A stretch of 64,000 nt of DNA from Candidatus Komeilibacteria bacterium (GCA_048538235.1 JBLYPX010000001.1:521015-585014), one strand, 5' to 3'; numbered from the stretch's first letter, positions 38,600 through 49,791 are shown. Numbers and translations: made by a program. The notes: generated by a model not told the origin, from the sequence alone.

Positions 38600-39057
38600 T
38601 TTTTTGATTTCTTAATTAATGATGAGATTTCTTGATGAAATGATTTTACATCTGCAAATGTATAGTACACTGAGGCAAAACGTATATATGCAATCTTATC
38701 AAACTTCTTTAAATGCTTCACTACTATTTGTCCAATCTTTTCAGATGTGATTTCATCCCTTCTTGTCTTTTGAATATCTCTCTCAATCTTGTTTATTAAC
38801 TTTTTATATGCCTCTTTAGTATGAGGTCTCTTTTCCATGGCTGTCTTTAAACCTTTTTCTATCTTTTCTCTATTATATGTTTCTCTTCTACCATCTCTTT
38901 TGACAACCGTAATATTTAAAAGCTCCATTTCTTCAACAGTAGAAAAGCGAAAGTTACATTTTTGACATTCACGCCTTCTCCTGATGGCAAAACCATCTGA
39001 AATCATACGCGAATCTAATACTTTAGTATCCTGTTTTAAACAAATCGGACAATGCAT
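38596..39057 (-). CDS. nrdR: transcriptional repressor NrdR
   Basis: N-terminal zinc ribbon MHCPICLKQDTKVLDSR...CQKCNFRF plus an ATP-cone domain. Directly abuts ftsZ. Confidence 0.9.
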   Translation of the reverse strand: MHCPICLKQDTKVLDSRMISDGFAIRRRRECQKCNFRFSTVEEMELLNITVVKRDGRRETYNREKIEKGLKTAMEKRPHTKEAYKKLINKIERDIQKTRRDEITSEKIGQIVVKHLKKFDKIAYIRFASVYYTFADVKSFHQEISSLIKKSKK

Positions 39058-40230
39058 TTAATTCATTTTCTTTCTAATGAAAGTAGGTATGTCCAATTCA
39101 TTATCTTCTTCTGGTTCTTCTTTCTTTGGTTCTTGTTTCTTCTTAAAAATTGTAGATTTCTGTTCTATCTTATCTGCTGCATTTTTATCATCTGATTCAT
39201 CTTTACTAAAAATTGGGTTTGGAGAGTAGCTTTTAACAGCACCAACATCTCCGCCTGATTTATTAGCATTAAAGCCTGTTGCAATAACTGTTATCTTTAA
39301 TTCATCATCCATTCTATCATCTATAACTGCACCAAATATAACTCTAGCATTTGGATCAAGAGCTGATGTAATAACCTCAGCTGCTTCATTAACCTCGTGC
39401 ATAGACAAACTAGGATCTCCAGTAATACTAAATAGTACACCTTTTGCTCCTTTGATAGACATTTCAAGTAATGGACTATCTATTGCTAGTTTAGCTGCAT
39501 CAACTGCTCTACTTTCACCACTTGCTCTACCAATACCCATTAAAGCGGAGCCGGCATCAAGCATAATAGATTTAACATCTGCAAAGTCTACATTAACAAG
39601 ACCTGGAATTGTGATTAATTCAGAAATGCCTTGTACGCCTTGTTTTAATACTTCGTCTACAATTGCAAAAGCATCTAGTAAGGATGTTTTTTTATCTATA
39701 ACCTGTAATAATCTGTCATTTGGTATAGTAATTATTGTATCCACCTTATCTGTTAAATTATCTAATGCTCTTTCTGCAATATTCTTTCTTTGTACGCCTT
39801 CAAAAGCAAATGGTTTTGTAACAACAGCAACGGTCAAAGCACCAATGTCTTTAGCCATTTCTGCAATAAGTGGAGCTGCTCCAGAACCAGTACCACCACC
39901 AAGACCACAAGTAATGAAAACCATGTCAGCATCTTGTAGATGCTTCTTTATATCTTCCTTGCTCTCCTCAGCAGCTTTAGCACCAACTTCAGGATCCATA
40001 CCAGCACCAAGACCACGTGTAGTCTCCCTACCTATATGTACTTTTTTATTGGCGTCAGTACTATTTAAAGCCTGGGCATCAGTATTCACGGAAATAAATT
40101 CAACACCACGAATACCAGCTTTAATCATACGATTAACAGCTGAGCCTCCAGAACCTCCAACGCCTATTACTTTTATTTTTGCAAACGTTTCAACGTCTGG
40201 TTTTATTTCCATTGATTTACTTTTTGCCAT
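39058..40230 (-). CDS. ftsZ: cell division GTPase FtsZ
   Basis: GGGTGSG tubulin signature, T7 loop and a conserved C-terminal peptide DIPTFIRKK. Confidence 0.95.
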   Translation of the reverse strand: MAKSKSMEIKPDVETFAKIKVIGVGGSGGSAVNRMIKAGIRGVEFISVNTDAQALNSTDANKKVHIGRETTRGLGAGMDPEVGAKAAEESKEDIKKHLQDADMVFITCGLGGGTGSGAAPLIAEMAKDIGALTVAVVTKPFAFEGVQRKNIAERALDNLTDKVDTIITIPNDRLLQVIDKKTSLLDAFAIVDEVLKQGVQGISELITIPGLVNVDFADVKSIMLDAGSALMGIGRASGESRAVDAAKLAIDSPLLEMSIKGAKGVLFSITGDPSLSMHEVNEAAEVITSALDPNARVIFGAVIDDRMDDELKITVIATGFNANKSGGDVGAVKSYSPNPIFSKDESDDKNAADKIEQKSTIFKKKQEPKKEEPEEDNELDIPTFIRKKMN

Positions 40231-40254
40231 AGTTCTATATTAATATATTATAAT

Positions 40255-41499
40255 TTAAGGTAAAAATGATTGAAAAAGATCCTTCATCTTATCTACTGCC
40301 TTTTCTACAGAAGAAAAACTTCCTAATCTAAAGCCACCACGACTTCCTCCCTGCTGCATACCCCAAAGTGCTAAACCAATAGCCTGAGTATACTCAGTAT
40401 CGTTTACTTTATCTATTGTTGAATTTATCTCTAAAGGATAACCCAGGAAAACAGGTAAACTTAATTTCTTCTTAGCTAGATCTATAATACCTGGAAGTTT
40501 TGCTCCACCGCCTGTAATAACTAGCCCCGAAGGTAAAAGTCCATCTCTGTTAATAGATTTTAATTCTGCATTTATCATCTCAAATATTTCTTCGCATCTT
40601 GCCTGAGTAATTTCTGCAATATATTTCAATGAAACATTAGTACCAGCTTCTTCTGTATCTGTAATATCTGCCAAATCTATTTCATCTCTTTTTGGAACAT
40701 CCTTAGATATTGCATGAGCATATTCTAATTTTACAACCTCAGCTGTTGGTATAGATGTTCTTAAACCAATAGCTATATCATTAGTTATATGATTAGAACC
40801 TACTGGCAAAACCCTAGTATGTAAAATATTACCTTCTTCATAAACAACCATTGAAGTGGTGGCTGCTCCAAAATTAATTAAGCATACTCCCAACTCTTTC
40901 TGTTTCTTTGTCAAAACACTTTCACTATTAGCAAGTACAGAAAAGACTAGATCATTAATATCTACTCCTGTTCTATAAATAGCTTTTGTTAAGTGCCTAA
41001 TCTGATTAGTAGCTCCTAAGATTATCTGAGCATTAACTTCTAGACGAACACCAGTCATTCCAATAGGATCTTTAATATTTTGCTGATCATCTACTGTAAA
41101 ATCTTTAGGAATTATATGCAGTATCTCATAATTAGCAGGCACAGCTACGGCCTGAGCCGCTTCTAATACCCTATCTACATCTTCTTCTTGTATCTCACCA
41201 TTAGCCTTAGCTACAGCTATAACACCTTTACTATTTTGAGTAACAATATGTGGTCCAGATATACCAACAATTGCATTTTCAATAGGTGTACCAATCATTC
41301 TCTCTGCACTTTCTAAACATTCTGAAATACTAGACACAGCTTCTTCAATACTTTTAATGCTACCCTTGCTCATACCTTCCATTTCATTATCTGCAGCACC
41401 AATAATTTGCTGTGAGCCATCTGGCAAACGTTGCAAACTTACTACCCGAACACGGCTAGTACCTATATCTATACCTGTAACTATTTCTTGATATGACAT
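40255..41499 (-). CDS. ftsA: cell division protein FtsA
   Basis: 414 aa actin-like ATPase (VGIDIGTS-type N-terminus TGIDIGTSRVRVV). Confidence 0.9.
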   Translation of the reverse strand: MSYQEIVTGIDIGTSRVRVVSLQRLPDGSQQIIGAADNEMEGMSKGSIKSIEEAVSSISECLESAERMIGTPIENAIVGISGPHIVTQNSKGVIAVAKANGEIQEEDVDRVLEAAQAVAVPANYEILHIIPKDFTVDDQQNIKDPIGMTGVRLEVNAQIILGATNQIRHLTKAIYRTGVDINDLVFSVLANSESVLTKKQKELGVCLINFGAATTSMVVYEEGNILHTRVLPVGSNHITNDIAIGLRTSIPTAEVVKLEYAHAISKDVPKRDEIDLADITDTEEAGTNVSLKYIAEITQARCEEIFEMINAELKSINRDGLLPSGLVITGGGAKLPGIIDLAKKKLSLPVFLGYPLEINSTIDKVNDTEYTQAIGLALWGMQQGGSRGGFRLGSFSSVEKAVDKMKDLFQSFLP

Positions 41500-41559
41500 T
41501 TAGCTTATTTTTTTCTTTCTAATATAAAAATTATAACAAAATAAGGGCATTCTATCAAT

Positions 41560-41584
41560 AAAAAAATTGTCCGCTAGCGAACAA
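41560..41584 (-). terminator. rho-independent terminator after rmuC (near-palindrome ttgtccgctagcgaacaa centred on GCTAGC)
   Basis: Hairpin followed on the minus strand by a 7-nt U-tract. Confidence 0.55.
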
Positions 41585-41613
41585 TTAATTTGTTCTTTAA
41601 ATTTAAACCCTAT

Positions 41614-42648
41614 TTATTCAATTAAAGGCTTAGAAATATCCTCTAATTCAACATCATTACCCTTTCCGGTAATTTTTAGGACATCTTTATCTATTTTCTT
41701 AAATTCTTTGCTACTTGTATTAAAAGTATTAACCACTGTTCCTAGTTGTGTACCAACTTTTTCATGATATGACTGATAAGCAGCTAAATGCTTTTCTAAT
41801 TTTTCTACATTTGCTCTAATCTCCTTTGTTGATTCTTCAATTTGTAGAGCTCTTAAACCCTGCAATACAGTTTGTAAATATGCTGCAAAAGTTGTTGGTG
41901 AAACAATAATAACTTTCTTATCATTAAAAGCATAATCTAATAAACTTCTAGTATTCACCTTAATAGCACCAACTTCATTAACAAGTAAATCATAATATAT
42001 ACCCTCTGCTGGTATGAACATAAAAGCAAACTCTAGTGTATCCTCTGAAGGTCTAATATATTTAGCAGTTTCATCAATTCTTTTCTTTAAATCGCTCTTA
42101 AACTCCTTTTCCAACTCCATCTTTTTCTTTTCATCTGTCTCGTCTAGTATTCTTTGGTAATTAGTTAGAGAAAACTTTGCATCAACAGGTAAAACCTTGT
42201 CCTTAATTTTTACAACTGCATCAACAGACTCTCCACTCTTAAAATGATACTGCATTTCATAAGACTGAGGTGGTAATATATTACTTAAGATAAGCTCTAA
42301 ATTACTCTCACCTAAAGCGCCTCTAGTTTTTGAATTCGTTAATACCTTTTCTAAGTTCTTTAGCTGATCAGTAAAACCAACCACCTTCTCATTTGTATTA
42401 ACAACCTTAGATAACTCCTCAGTAACATTTTTAACAATTTTGTGAGTCTCTCCAAACTGAGCCTGCAATACTTTATTTGACTCACCAAGACCAGATTCTA
42501 ATGATCTCTTCATTTCATTCAGTTGATTCTGTAGCATTATTAAAGCATTGTCCTGACTTAAATCAGTCTTACTTTTAGTTAAACGCCAAAACAGCAGAAT
42601 AAATCCACCAATCATTACTATTAATATTATTATGAATTCTAACCACAT
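41614..42648 (-). CDS. rmuC: DNA recombination protein RmuC
   Basis: 344 aa with N-terminal TM, coiled-coil region and RmuC C-terminal nuclease-like domain. Confidence 0.8.
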   Translation of the reverse strand: MWLEFIIILIVMIGGFILLFWRLTKSKTDLSQDNALIMLQNQLNEMKRSLESGLGESNKVLQAQFGETHKIVKNVTEELSKVVNTNEKVVGFTDQLKNLEKVLTNSKTRGALGESNLELILSNILPPQSYEMQYHFKSGESVDAVVKIKDKVLPVDAKFSLTNYQRILDETDEKKKMELEKEFKSDLKKRIDETAKYIRPSEDTLEFAFMFIPAEGIYYDLLVNEVGAIKVNTRSLLDYAFNDKKVIIVSPTTFAAYLQTVLQGLRALQIEESTKEIRANVEKLEKHLAAYQSYHEKVGTQLGTVVNTFNTSSKEFKKIDKDVLKITGKGNDVELEDISKPLIE

Positions 42649-42649
42649 A

Positions 42650-43450
42650 TTAATTTAAGTTAAACAAATTAATACTATTTTGTCCAGTCTTCTTAACAAC
42701 ATCATCATAACTCATATTTTTTAGCTCTGCAATCTTCCTAGCAACAAATTCTACATTAACCGGTTCATTACGCTCACCTCTATACGGCTCTGGAGAAAGA
42801 TAAGGTGCGTCTGTTTCAATTAATAGCTTATCCATAGGCACCATCTTAGCTATTTCTTGTAATTCCTCTGCTTTCTTTTTAAAAGTTACAATGCCTGTAA
42901 AACCAATATGAAAACCTTGTTCTAAAAAAGCTTTAGCTTCTTCCATATTACCACCATAGCAATGAATCATCCCATTATGACAGTCCTGCTCTTTTAACAC
43001 CTCTAATATGTCCAAATATGCCCTCTCACCGTTCTTTCCGTTCCTACCATGAAGCATTAGTGGTAAATTGTTCTTTTTGGCAAATTCAATGTGTTTTACA
43101 AACACTTCCTTTTGTTTAGCCTTAATCTCTTCAAAGCTTTTACTAGATTCTTTAAGGTAAAAATAGTCAAAACCGCATTCACCCACAGCGACTACTCTTT
43201 TCTTACCATCTATTAATTTCTGGTATTGATCTATATTAAATTCTTCGTCATAAACATGGATAGGGTGCAGACCAACAGTAGCGTATAGAAAGTCATGCTT
43301 CTGTGCAAGATCTACTGTAAACTCTGAAGTTGCATACTGTGCACCAACATTAATAACTTTCATGTCCTTATCATGACAACGCTTAATTACATCTTCCCTA
43401 TCCTCATGATAAGCCTCAAAATCTATATGTGCATGTGAATCAATTAACAT
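42650..43450 (-). CDS. tatD: TatD-family metal-dependent hydrolase/DNase
   Basis: MLIDSHAHIDF... TIM-barrel metal ligands (HxH, E, H, H, D). Confidence 0.85.
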   Translation of the reverse strand: MLIDSHAHIDFEAYHEDREDVIKRCHDKDMKVINVGAQYATSEFTVDLAQKHDFLYATVGLHPIHVYDEEFNIDQYQKLIDGKKRVVAVGECGFDYFYLKESSKSFEEIKAKQKEVFVKHIEFAKKNNLPLMLHGRNGKNGERAYLDILEVLKEQDCHNGMIHCYGGNMEEAKAFLEQGFHIGFTGIVTFKKKAEELQEIAKMVPMDKLLIETDAPYLSPEPYRGERNEPVNVEFVARKIAELKNMSYDDVVKKTGQNSINLFNLN

Positions 43451-43779
43451 TTATCTAACTCAGTTACTATTCTACGCATCATAACAAACGCAAATGCCCA
43501 AAGTATTGGAAGCCACATAGGCATTAAACCAAACAAACTATCTCTTACAAAATGTTCTACGCCCGTACTGACAAACAAAATTTCAGACAATGTCATACCT
43601 ATTAAACCAAAAAGTAAAAATAGATAATCCTTTTTTACATAATCTACAATAAGATATATTCCAATTAAGACAATATATATTAAAGATAGAATATAGTCAT
43701 TCTTAAAAATAGGTATTAATAAAACAAAAAATACAATTAATAACAAATATATAAATATTTTTAAGGCTGGTTTTTTCAT
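43444..43779 (-). CDS. hypothetical small membrane protein
   Basis: 111 aa with three predicted TM helices. Confidence 0.4.
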   Translation of the reverse strand: MKKPALKIFIYLLLIVFFVLLIPIFKNDYILSLIYIVLIGIYLIVDYVKKDYLFLLFGLIGMTLSEILFVSTGVEHFVRDSLFGLMPMWLPILWAFAFVMMRRIVTELDKC

Positions 43780-44768
43780 AAACTATTTTTTTCTCTTGCT
43801 ATAGATTGCATATCTACAACATCGTCTGTTTCATCAACTATTTCTTGTTTTAAAATTTCTTCCAAAATATCTTCTAAAGTAACCACACCCTCAAAGCCAC
43901 CGTACTCGTCTTTTACAAAAGCCATGTGTGCTTTTGAATCTATGAAAGTGTTTAATAGTTGATCTAAATGAGTACCTCTGCTAACAATTATAACCCTTTC
44001 TTCTTTATACAAATCTGCTACTGTTTTATTATCTTTCAAATAAACCAGATCCTTCATGTATAGAAGTCCTTTTACATTGTCTATATTATTCTCATAAACA
44101 GGTACCCTGGTAAACCCCTCTTCTTTTATTAATTTTAGAGTTTTTTCATCTAAAGGTGTTTGCATTTCTATGCCAAAAACTACTGTTCTTGGAGTCATTA
44201 CCTGTTCAACTGTACGATTGCTAAAAGTTAGAGCACCCCTCACTATTCTTTCTTCATCCTCATCTACATCGCTATCTATTGACTCCTTATGTTCTTCAAT
44301 TATTTTAGATAATTCTTTCTTTGAATAAATAGTTGGCATTTCCTCACCCAATGACTTATCTAATACCCAACCAATTGGCCAACATATTGGAGATAAAATA
44401 ATCATAAATATTCTAACCAGCCAAGCTGTTCTAGCACCAACTATTAAAGCATACCTTGAAAATGTAGCTTGTGGAATTATTTCTCCAAAAATTACAATTA
44501 AACCAGTAGCTATTATACCAGCTGTGAATCCACTAGCTATATCTCCTAAAAAAATAGCTAAAGTTGAATTAACTGCTACATTACCAAGCAATAGTGTGGC
44601 TAATAAAAAATTACCTCGTTTTCGTACAGGATAAACTTTTTTAGCATCTTTATCTCCTAAAGATATTTTTCTTTCTAATTCACTCCTATCTAAACTCAAA
44701 AGTCCTAATGTTAATCCTGAAAATAGTCCAGATAATAGCACCAGAGCAATTACAATTAAATATGTCAT
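43776..44768 (-). CDS. DUF21/CNNM transmembrane domain plus tandem CBS domain protein (CorB/hemolysin-family)
   Basis: 330 aa with an N-terminal 4-TM DUF21 region and two CBS motifs. Confidence 0.8.
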   Translation of the reverse strand: MTYLIVIALVLLSGLFSGLTLGLLSLDRSELERKISLGDKDAKKVYPVRKRGNFLLATLLLGNVAVNSTLAIFLGDIASGFTAGIIATGLIVIFGEIIPQATFSRYALIVGARTAWLVRIFMIILSPICWPIGWVLDKSLGEEMPTIYSKKELSKIIEEHKESIDSDVDEDEERIVRGALTFSNRTVEQVMTPRTVVFGIEMQTPLDEKTLKLIKEEGFTRVPVYENNIDNVKGLLYMKDLVYLKDNKTVADLYKEERVIIVSRGTHLDQLLNTFIDSKAHMAFVKDEYGGFEGVVTLEDILEEILKQEIVDETDDVVDMQSIAREKNSL

Positions 44769-44771
44769 AGA

Positions 44772-45287
44772 TTAAAAGATAAATCCTCTAACAGCCTCTA
44801 ATGAATCTGGAATAAATGGTCCAATAATATTAGACAAACCAATAAAAAAGTGAGCCCATTCAGAACCAACGATAAACTCATCTAGCATTGCTGAAAATGG
44901 AAATAGATAAGCTATATACAATACAACAGATATTACTAATACGCCTTCTACTACCCCCAAAACAGCTCCACCTAAACGGTTAATACTTTTAAGTCCAGGA
45001 ATGATAGCAACAGCATTAAATACTTTATCTAGAGAATAAAATATTAAACCAACAAGTTGTGATGAAATACCAAATAATACAATAAAACCAATAGCGTTTT
45101 GAAGCATATCACTACCAAAAGATATTTTAGCAAAGTAAGCTGCTACTTCTGTATAATATTGACCAGCAATAAAAGCACCAATAAAAATACCAGCAATACG
45201 TCCAACTACTGAAATAAGTCCTGACTTCCAGCCATAAACCAAGAAAGCTGCTAAGAATAAAATGATAATAAGATCTGCAATAACCAT
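44772..45287 (-). CDS. CvpA-family membrane protein
   Basis: 171 aa with four TM helices and a CvpA-like N-terminus (MVIADLIIILFLAAFLVYGWKSG). Confidence 0.6.
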   Translation of the reverse strand: MVIADLIIILFLAAFLVYGWKSGLISVVGRIAGIFIGAFIAGQYYTEVAAYFAKISFGSDMLQNAIGFIVLFGISSQLVGLIFYSLDKVFNAVAIIPGLKSINRLGGAVLGVVEGVLVISVVLYIAYLFPFSAMLDEFIVGSEWAHFFIGLSNIIGPFIPDSLEAVRGFIF

Positions 45288-45296
45288 ATATTTAAA

Positions 45297-46823
45297 TTAA
45301 TTTTCTAATCTAGGAAATAAAGGTGGAGCTTTTTTAATCTCATCTGCCTCTAATATATCTAAAACCTGCTGAGCAATGGTGGGCATAAATGGTAATAAAG
45401 CTTTAGAAATCACATATATCTCGCCAGCGCAATAGCTTAGGAAATTCTGCAATGCATCAAAATTAACATCCTTACTCATCGTCCATGGTTTATAATCATT
45501 TATCTGCCTATCCAACTCACGCAGACGTAAAGATATATCCTTAATCACATTATCAAATCTATATTCTTGATACTTTTCATCAATCCCTCTAAACCAGTCA
45601 TCGTTGTGCACGCTCATCTTTTTACTATCTTTCCCATACTCGCCTACTTCACCAACATTTCTACTATTATAAAAGTCAATGTCAAACTTCAACTCATTCT
45701 TTTCAATTAAAGTTGTAACTCTAGCTACTGCATTACCATAACCATTAGCAAGGTCTGCATTATATCTTTCTACAAAATGATCTTCACGGATATCTGCTTC
45801 TTGTCCAAAAGGAAACTGAGATAAAAGTAAATATCTTGAAGCGTCTACACCATACTTATCTACTAATTCCTGTGGTTTTATTACATTACCTATTGTTTTA
45901 CTCATCTTCTCACCATTGATAGTAAAGAAACCATGAATAAATAATGTCTTAGGTAGCTCATTCTCGTTAAAACCCAAAGCTAATAAGAAGGCTGGCCAAT
46001 AAATAGCATGAAACTTTAATATATCTTGAGCAAGTAAATGTAAATCTGCTGGCCAATATTTATTAAAATTATCTAAATTGTCTGGATAGCCAAGAGCTGT
46101 AATATAGTTAGATAAAGCATCTACCCATACATATGAAACTTGAGTATTATCGAAAGGTAAATCTACTCCCCAGGCAACACTTGTTTTTTGACGAGACACT
46201 GAAAAATCTTTCATTACTCCGTCCTTTAATAAAGATAGTACTTCATTCTTACGTGTAACTGGTAAAATCTCTATCTCATCCTTTTCAATCAACTCCTGTA
46301 CTTTAGGTAAAAACTGTTCTAATTTAAAAAACCAATTCTTTTCTTTTAAAATCTCTGGTTCTCTTTTATGGTCTGGACATTTATTATCTACCAAATCTTT
46401 ATCACTTAAGAACTTTTCACAACCAACACAGTATAATCCTTCGTACTCTTTTTCTTCTAAAAGACCTTTATCATAAAAAGTTTGAAATATTTTACTAACA
46501 GCCGCTTTATGATCTTTATTGGTGGTACGAATAAAATAGTCATTAGAAATATTTAAAGATTCCCAAGCTGAAACAAACTTAGCCGCTGTTTGATCACAAA
46601 ACTCTTGCGTATCTATGCCTTTAGCCTTTGCACTTTCAGCAATCTTAGCACCATGTTCATCTGTTCCTGTTAAATAAAAAACATCGTCACCCTTTTGTCT
46701 GTGATAACGTGCTAATACATCACCTACTACAGTAGTGTAGGCATGACCAATATGTGGCTCATCATTTACATAATATATTGGTGTTGTTATATAGAATTTA
46801 TTTTCTTTTTCCATTTTTCTCAA
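45297..46823 (-). CDS. metG: methionyl-tRNA synthetase (short form, no C-terminal tRNA-binding domain)
   Basis: HIGH-class motif (PHIGHAYTTVVGD), zinc knuckle CxxC...C and KMSKT. Confidence 0.9.
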   Translation of the reverse strand: MRKMEKENKFYITTPIYYVNDEPHIGHAYTTVVGDVLARYHRQKGDDVFYLTGTDEHGAKIAESAKAKGIDTQEFCDQTAAKFVSAWESLNISNDYFIRTTNKDHKAAVSKIFQTFYDKGLLEEKEYEGLYCVGCEKFLSDKDLVDNKCPDHKREPEILKEKNWFFKLEQFLPKVQELIEKDEIEILPVTRKNEVLSLLKDGVMKDFSVSRQKTSVAWGVDLPFDNTQVSYVWVDALSNYITALGYPDNLDNFNKYWPADLHLLAQDILKFHAIYWPAFLLALGFNENELPKTLFIHGFFTINGEKMSKTIGNVIKPQELVDKYGVDASRYLLLSQFPFGQEADIREDHFVERYNADLANGYGNAVARVTTLIEKNELKFDIDFYNSRNVGEVGEYGKDSKKMSVHNDDWFRGIDEKYQEYRFDNVIKDISLRLRELDRQINDYKPWTMSKDVNFDALQNFLSYCAGEIYVISKALLPFMPTIAQQVLDILEADEIKKAPPLFPRLEN

Positions 46824-47493
46824 TTATTATTACAAATTCCCCCTTAACTGTATCCTCCTGTAATTGTTTTAATACTTGTTCAGCTCTACCCCTGTATATA
46901 CTTTCAAATTTCTTTGTTAATTCTCTTGCTACTACAATCTTTCTATTCTCTATACCAAACTCTATTAATTGTTTTAATAACTTCTCTATTCTATGAACAG
47001 ATTCATAAAGGACAGAAGTAACTTTAGAATCAATAATCTCTTCTAATTTTGTTTGTCTACCTTTCTTATGTGGCAGAAAGCCATAGAAATGGAATTCGTC
47101 TACTTGCATGCCAGCGACACTTAAAGCAGTAGCAACAGCACTTGGCCCAGGAATGGGTATAACTTTAATATCCTTATCTAAAACCTCAGCTATTAATTTA
47201 CCTCCCGGGTCAGATATACCAGGCGTACCAGCATCTGTCACAAGGGCAATATTATTTCCATTTTCAAGTAAGGATATTATTTTATTAACTTGGGACAATC
47301 TACTGTGCTGAAAATATGTTAACAAAGAAGTAGATATGTCGTATGAAGTTAATAATTTACTTGTTACCCTTGTATCTTCACAAGCTATATAATCTACAGT
47401 TTCTAAAACCTCTAAAGCTCTAGCAGATATATCTGCTAAATTACCAATTGGTGTTGCAACAACAAATAGCGTTCCTGTATTATTCAGTGGCAT
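46798..47493 (-). CDS. rsmI: 16S rRNA (cytidine1402-2'-O)-methyltransferase RsmI
   Basis: Tetrapyrrole-methylase fold with TLFVVATPIGNLADIS...YIACEDTR. Confidence 0.85.
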   Translation of the reverse strand: MPLNNTGTLFVVATPIGNLADISARALEVLETVDYIACEDTRVTSKLLTSYDISTSLLTYFQHSRLSQVNKIISLLENGNNIALVTDAGTPGISDPGGKLIAEVLDKDIKVIPIPGPSAVATALSVAGMQVDEFHFYGFLPHKKGRQTKLEEIIDSKVTSVLYESVHRIEKLLKQLIEFGIENRKIVVARELTKKFESIYRGRAEQVLKQLQEDTVKGEFVIIIEKNGKRK

Positions 47494-48517
47494 CTATTTT
47501 TTTATCTACAAAGTCTTCCAAGAATACAGAAATAGCAGTTGCTACTGGTACGGCTAGTATCATACCAAGAACTCCGCCCATTTTACCACCAACGAGTAAA
47601 ACAATAATAACTAGTAGTGGGTTAATACCAACCGATTTACTCATTACCTTTGGAACAATAATATTATTCTCAATCTGTTGTATAACTACAAATAGTATTA
47701 ACACAAGTAATGCCTTTAGCGGAGACTGTGCAAAAGCTAAAAATACTGCAGGTACAGCACCCAAAAATGGCCCTAAATATGGTATAACCTCAAAGATACC
47801 GGCAATTAAAGCAAGTAATAGCGCATATTCTACTCCTAATACTGTTAAACCAATAAAGGTTAATACAAAGATAATAATAGATAATATTAACTGACCTCTT
47901 AACCAGAAACCCAATCTTCTTTGAATACGAGTCATTAATTGCAATACATATGGTTGGTAATGAGTTGGTGTCATAGACTTCAAAAACCTTCTCAAACCTT
48001 CCTCTTCAACAGTAAAGTAAAAAGTAATAACAAGTACCAAGAAGAAAGAAACAATACCGCCAAATACATCAAGTAATGTATTAAAAGCTCCTGAAGCTGC
48101 TTTAGTAAGGCCAGCTGTTGCTGAATTTAAACCACCCTGTATTTGATCAACTACTTCTAAATCTGTTCTATTAATAGTAAAATAATTCAATCCATTCACC
48201 ACCTTTTCATAATATGTAGGAAAATCATTAGCTATTAATTTAACCTCAGTAGCAATTGGAGGAATAATTAAAATAACAGCAGAAGCTATAATAAGAAACA
48301 ACAATAGGTAAACTAAAATAATACCCATACCTCTTGGTATTCTAAATTTCTTAAGCCAATCTACAAATGGATCAAGCGCTGATGCTAAAATTAGCGCTAC
48401 GAAAATTAAAGCAATAGCTTCTCTAACCAGCCAAAAGAAGGCAACCAAAAGAAAGAAGATTAAAATCTTCACAAAGGTTTGTGTAGAAATATTGATTGTA
48501 TATCTTACATCTTTCAT
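47480..48517 (-). CDS. AI-2E family transporter (UPF0118/PerM-like)
   Basis: 345 aa with 8 TM segments and the typical AI-2E topology. Confidence 0.75.
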   Translation of the reverse strand: MKDVRYTINISTQTFVKILIFFLLVAFFWLVREAIALIFVALILASALDPFVDWLKKFRIPRGMGIILVYLLLFLIIASAVILIIPPIATEVKLIANDFPTYYEKVVNGLNYFTINRTDLEVVDQIQGGLNSATAGLTKAASGAFNTLLDVFGGIVSFFLVLVITFYFTVEEEGLRRFLKSMTPTHYQPYVLQLMTRIQRRLGFWLRGQLILSIIIFVLTFIGLTVLGVEYALLLALIAGIFEVIPYLGPFLGAVPAVFLAFAQSPLKALLVLILFVVIQQIENNIIVPKVMSKSVGINPLLVIIVLLVGGKMGGVLGMILAVPVATAISVFLEDFVDKKIDATE

Positions 48518-49791
48518 ATTTTTTGTTGTTTAATAAGTTTATTAAAATATATTGAATCTTTATATGGTCCTATTACTGCTAAATTAAGTTTATCTTGAGT
48601 AAAAATCTTTTTAGCTAACTCTTGTATTTCTTTAGCTGTTACTTTATCTATATCTTTTTGAATTTGTTCAATAGTTCTAGCTTTATTAAAGTCTACCAAC
48701 TGTCTAGATAGCCAGTATACATAACTGAAAGAATCTTCTAGGCCTAAAATCATTTTACCTTTTACATATTCTTTTGCTTTATTAAGTTCTTCATCTAAAA
48801 CAGGTAATTTCTTTAATTTATTTAATTCTTTAACTATTAATTTATATGCTAATGCTACTTTATCTTTCTTAAGCCCAGCTTGAATATAGAATAATCCAGT
48901 ATCTACATGTTCATCTATGCCCGCTCTAATGCTATATGCTAGTCCATATCTTTCTCTAACATTTATGAACAACCTTGATGACATATTACCACCCAAGATA
49001 GTAGATAGTAACAACTGTGAAATATAATCCTTATCTTCTCTGCCAAGTCCTGCAAAACCCATAGCAAGTTGTGTTTGAGCTGTTTGCTGATACTGTACTT
49101 TTATTCTAGCTTCTTTTTGCTTGTCTTTATATGGATTAATAATATGATCTTGTTTCTTACCAAATCTTTTACCAAAATATTTAACAATTAGTTTGTTTAA
49201 CTTAGCAGGAGAATAATTACCACCAACACCAACAATCATATTATCTGCTCTGTAGTATTCATCTCTATACTTAAGTATTTCTTTGCGACTAATTTTCTTA
49301 ATAACGCTTTCTGGTCCTGCAATTTCTCTAGCTAACTCATGGCCTTTAAAAGATATCTGTTCCAATAAATCCCCAATATACATTGACGGATTATCTCTAT
49401 ACATTCTTATCTCTTCAATAATAACTCCCCTTTCTCTATTTATCTCTTTTGCCTCAAATTTAGAATTGAAAAGCATGTCAGATAGAATATCGAAAGCTAA
49501 ATCAATGTGTTGCTTAGCAACCTTAATATAATAACCAGTATAGTCTTTACTTGTAAAAGCATTAAACTGAGCACCGACTTTATCTAATTCCTGACTAATT
49601 GCATCAGTATTTGGTCTTTTTTTGGTTCCTTTAAAATATAAATGTTCAATAAAGTGTGAAACTCCATTATTAGCTCTATTTTCAAACCTTGAACCTACTT
49701 TAAACATTACAAGTAATGTTACAGCATCGGTTTCTTTTCTGGGTGCCAAAATAAGCTTGGCATTATTACTTAACTCTTTAATTTTAAACAC
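48514..49791 (-). CDS. M16-family zinc peptidase (pitrilysin-like)
   Basis: Inverted zinc motif HFIEH...E (HxxEH). Confidence 0.8.
   Translation of the reverse strand: MFKIKELSNNAKLILAPRKETDAVTLLVMFKVGSRFENRANNGVSHFIEHLYFKGTKKRPNTDAISQELDKVGAQFNAFTSKDYTGYYIKVAKQHIDLAFDILSDMLFNSKFEAKEINRERGVIIEEIRMYRDNPSMYIGDLLEQISFKGHELAREIAGPESVIKKISRKEILKYRDEYYRADNMIVGVGGNYSPAKLNKLIVKYFGKRFGKKQDHIINPYKDKQKEARIKVQYQQTAQTQLAMGFAGLGREDKDYISQLLLSTILGGNMSSRLFINVRERYGLAYSIRAGIDEHVDTGLFYIQAGLKKDKVALAYKLIVKELNKLKKLPVLDEELNKAKEYVKGKMILGLEDSFSYVYWLSRQLVDFNKARTIEQIQKDIDKVTAKEIQELAKKIFTQDKLNLAVIGPYKDSIYFNKLIKQQKI

Noticed and set aside
39452-40243. 263 aa plus-strand ORF, the longest unassigned ORF in the track
   Set aside because: Lies entirely antisense within ftsZ. 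The product is a low-complexity Ser/Ala/Pro-rich translation typical of the reverse strand of a conserved gene. It has no start context and no SD.
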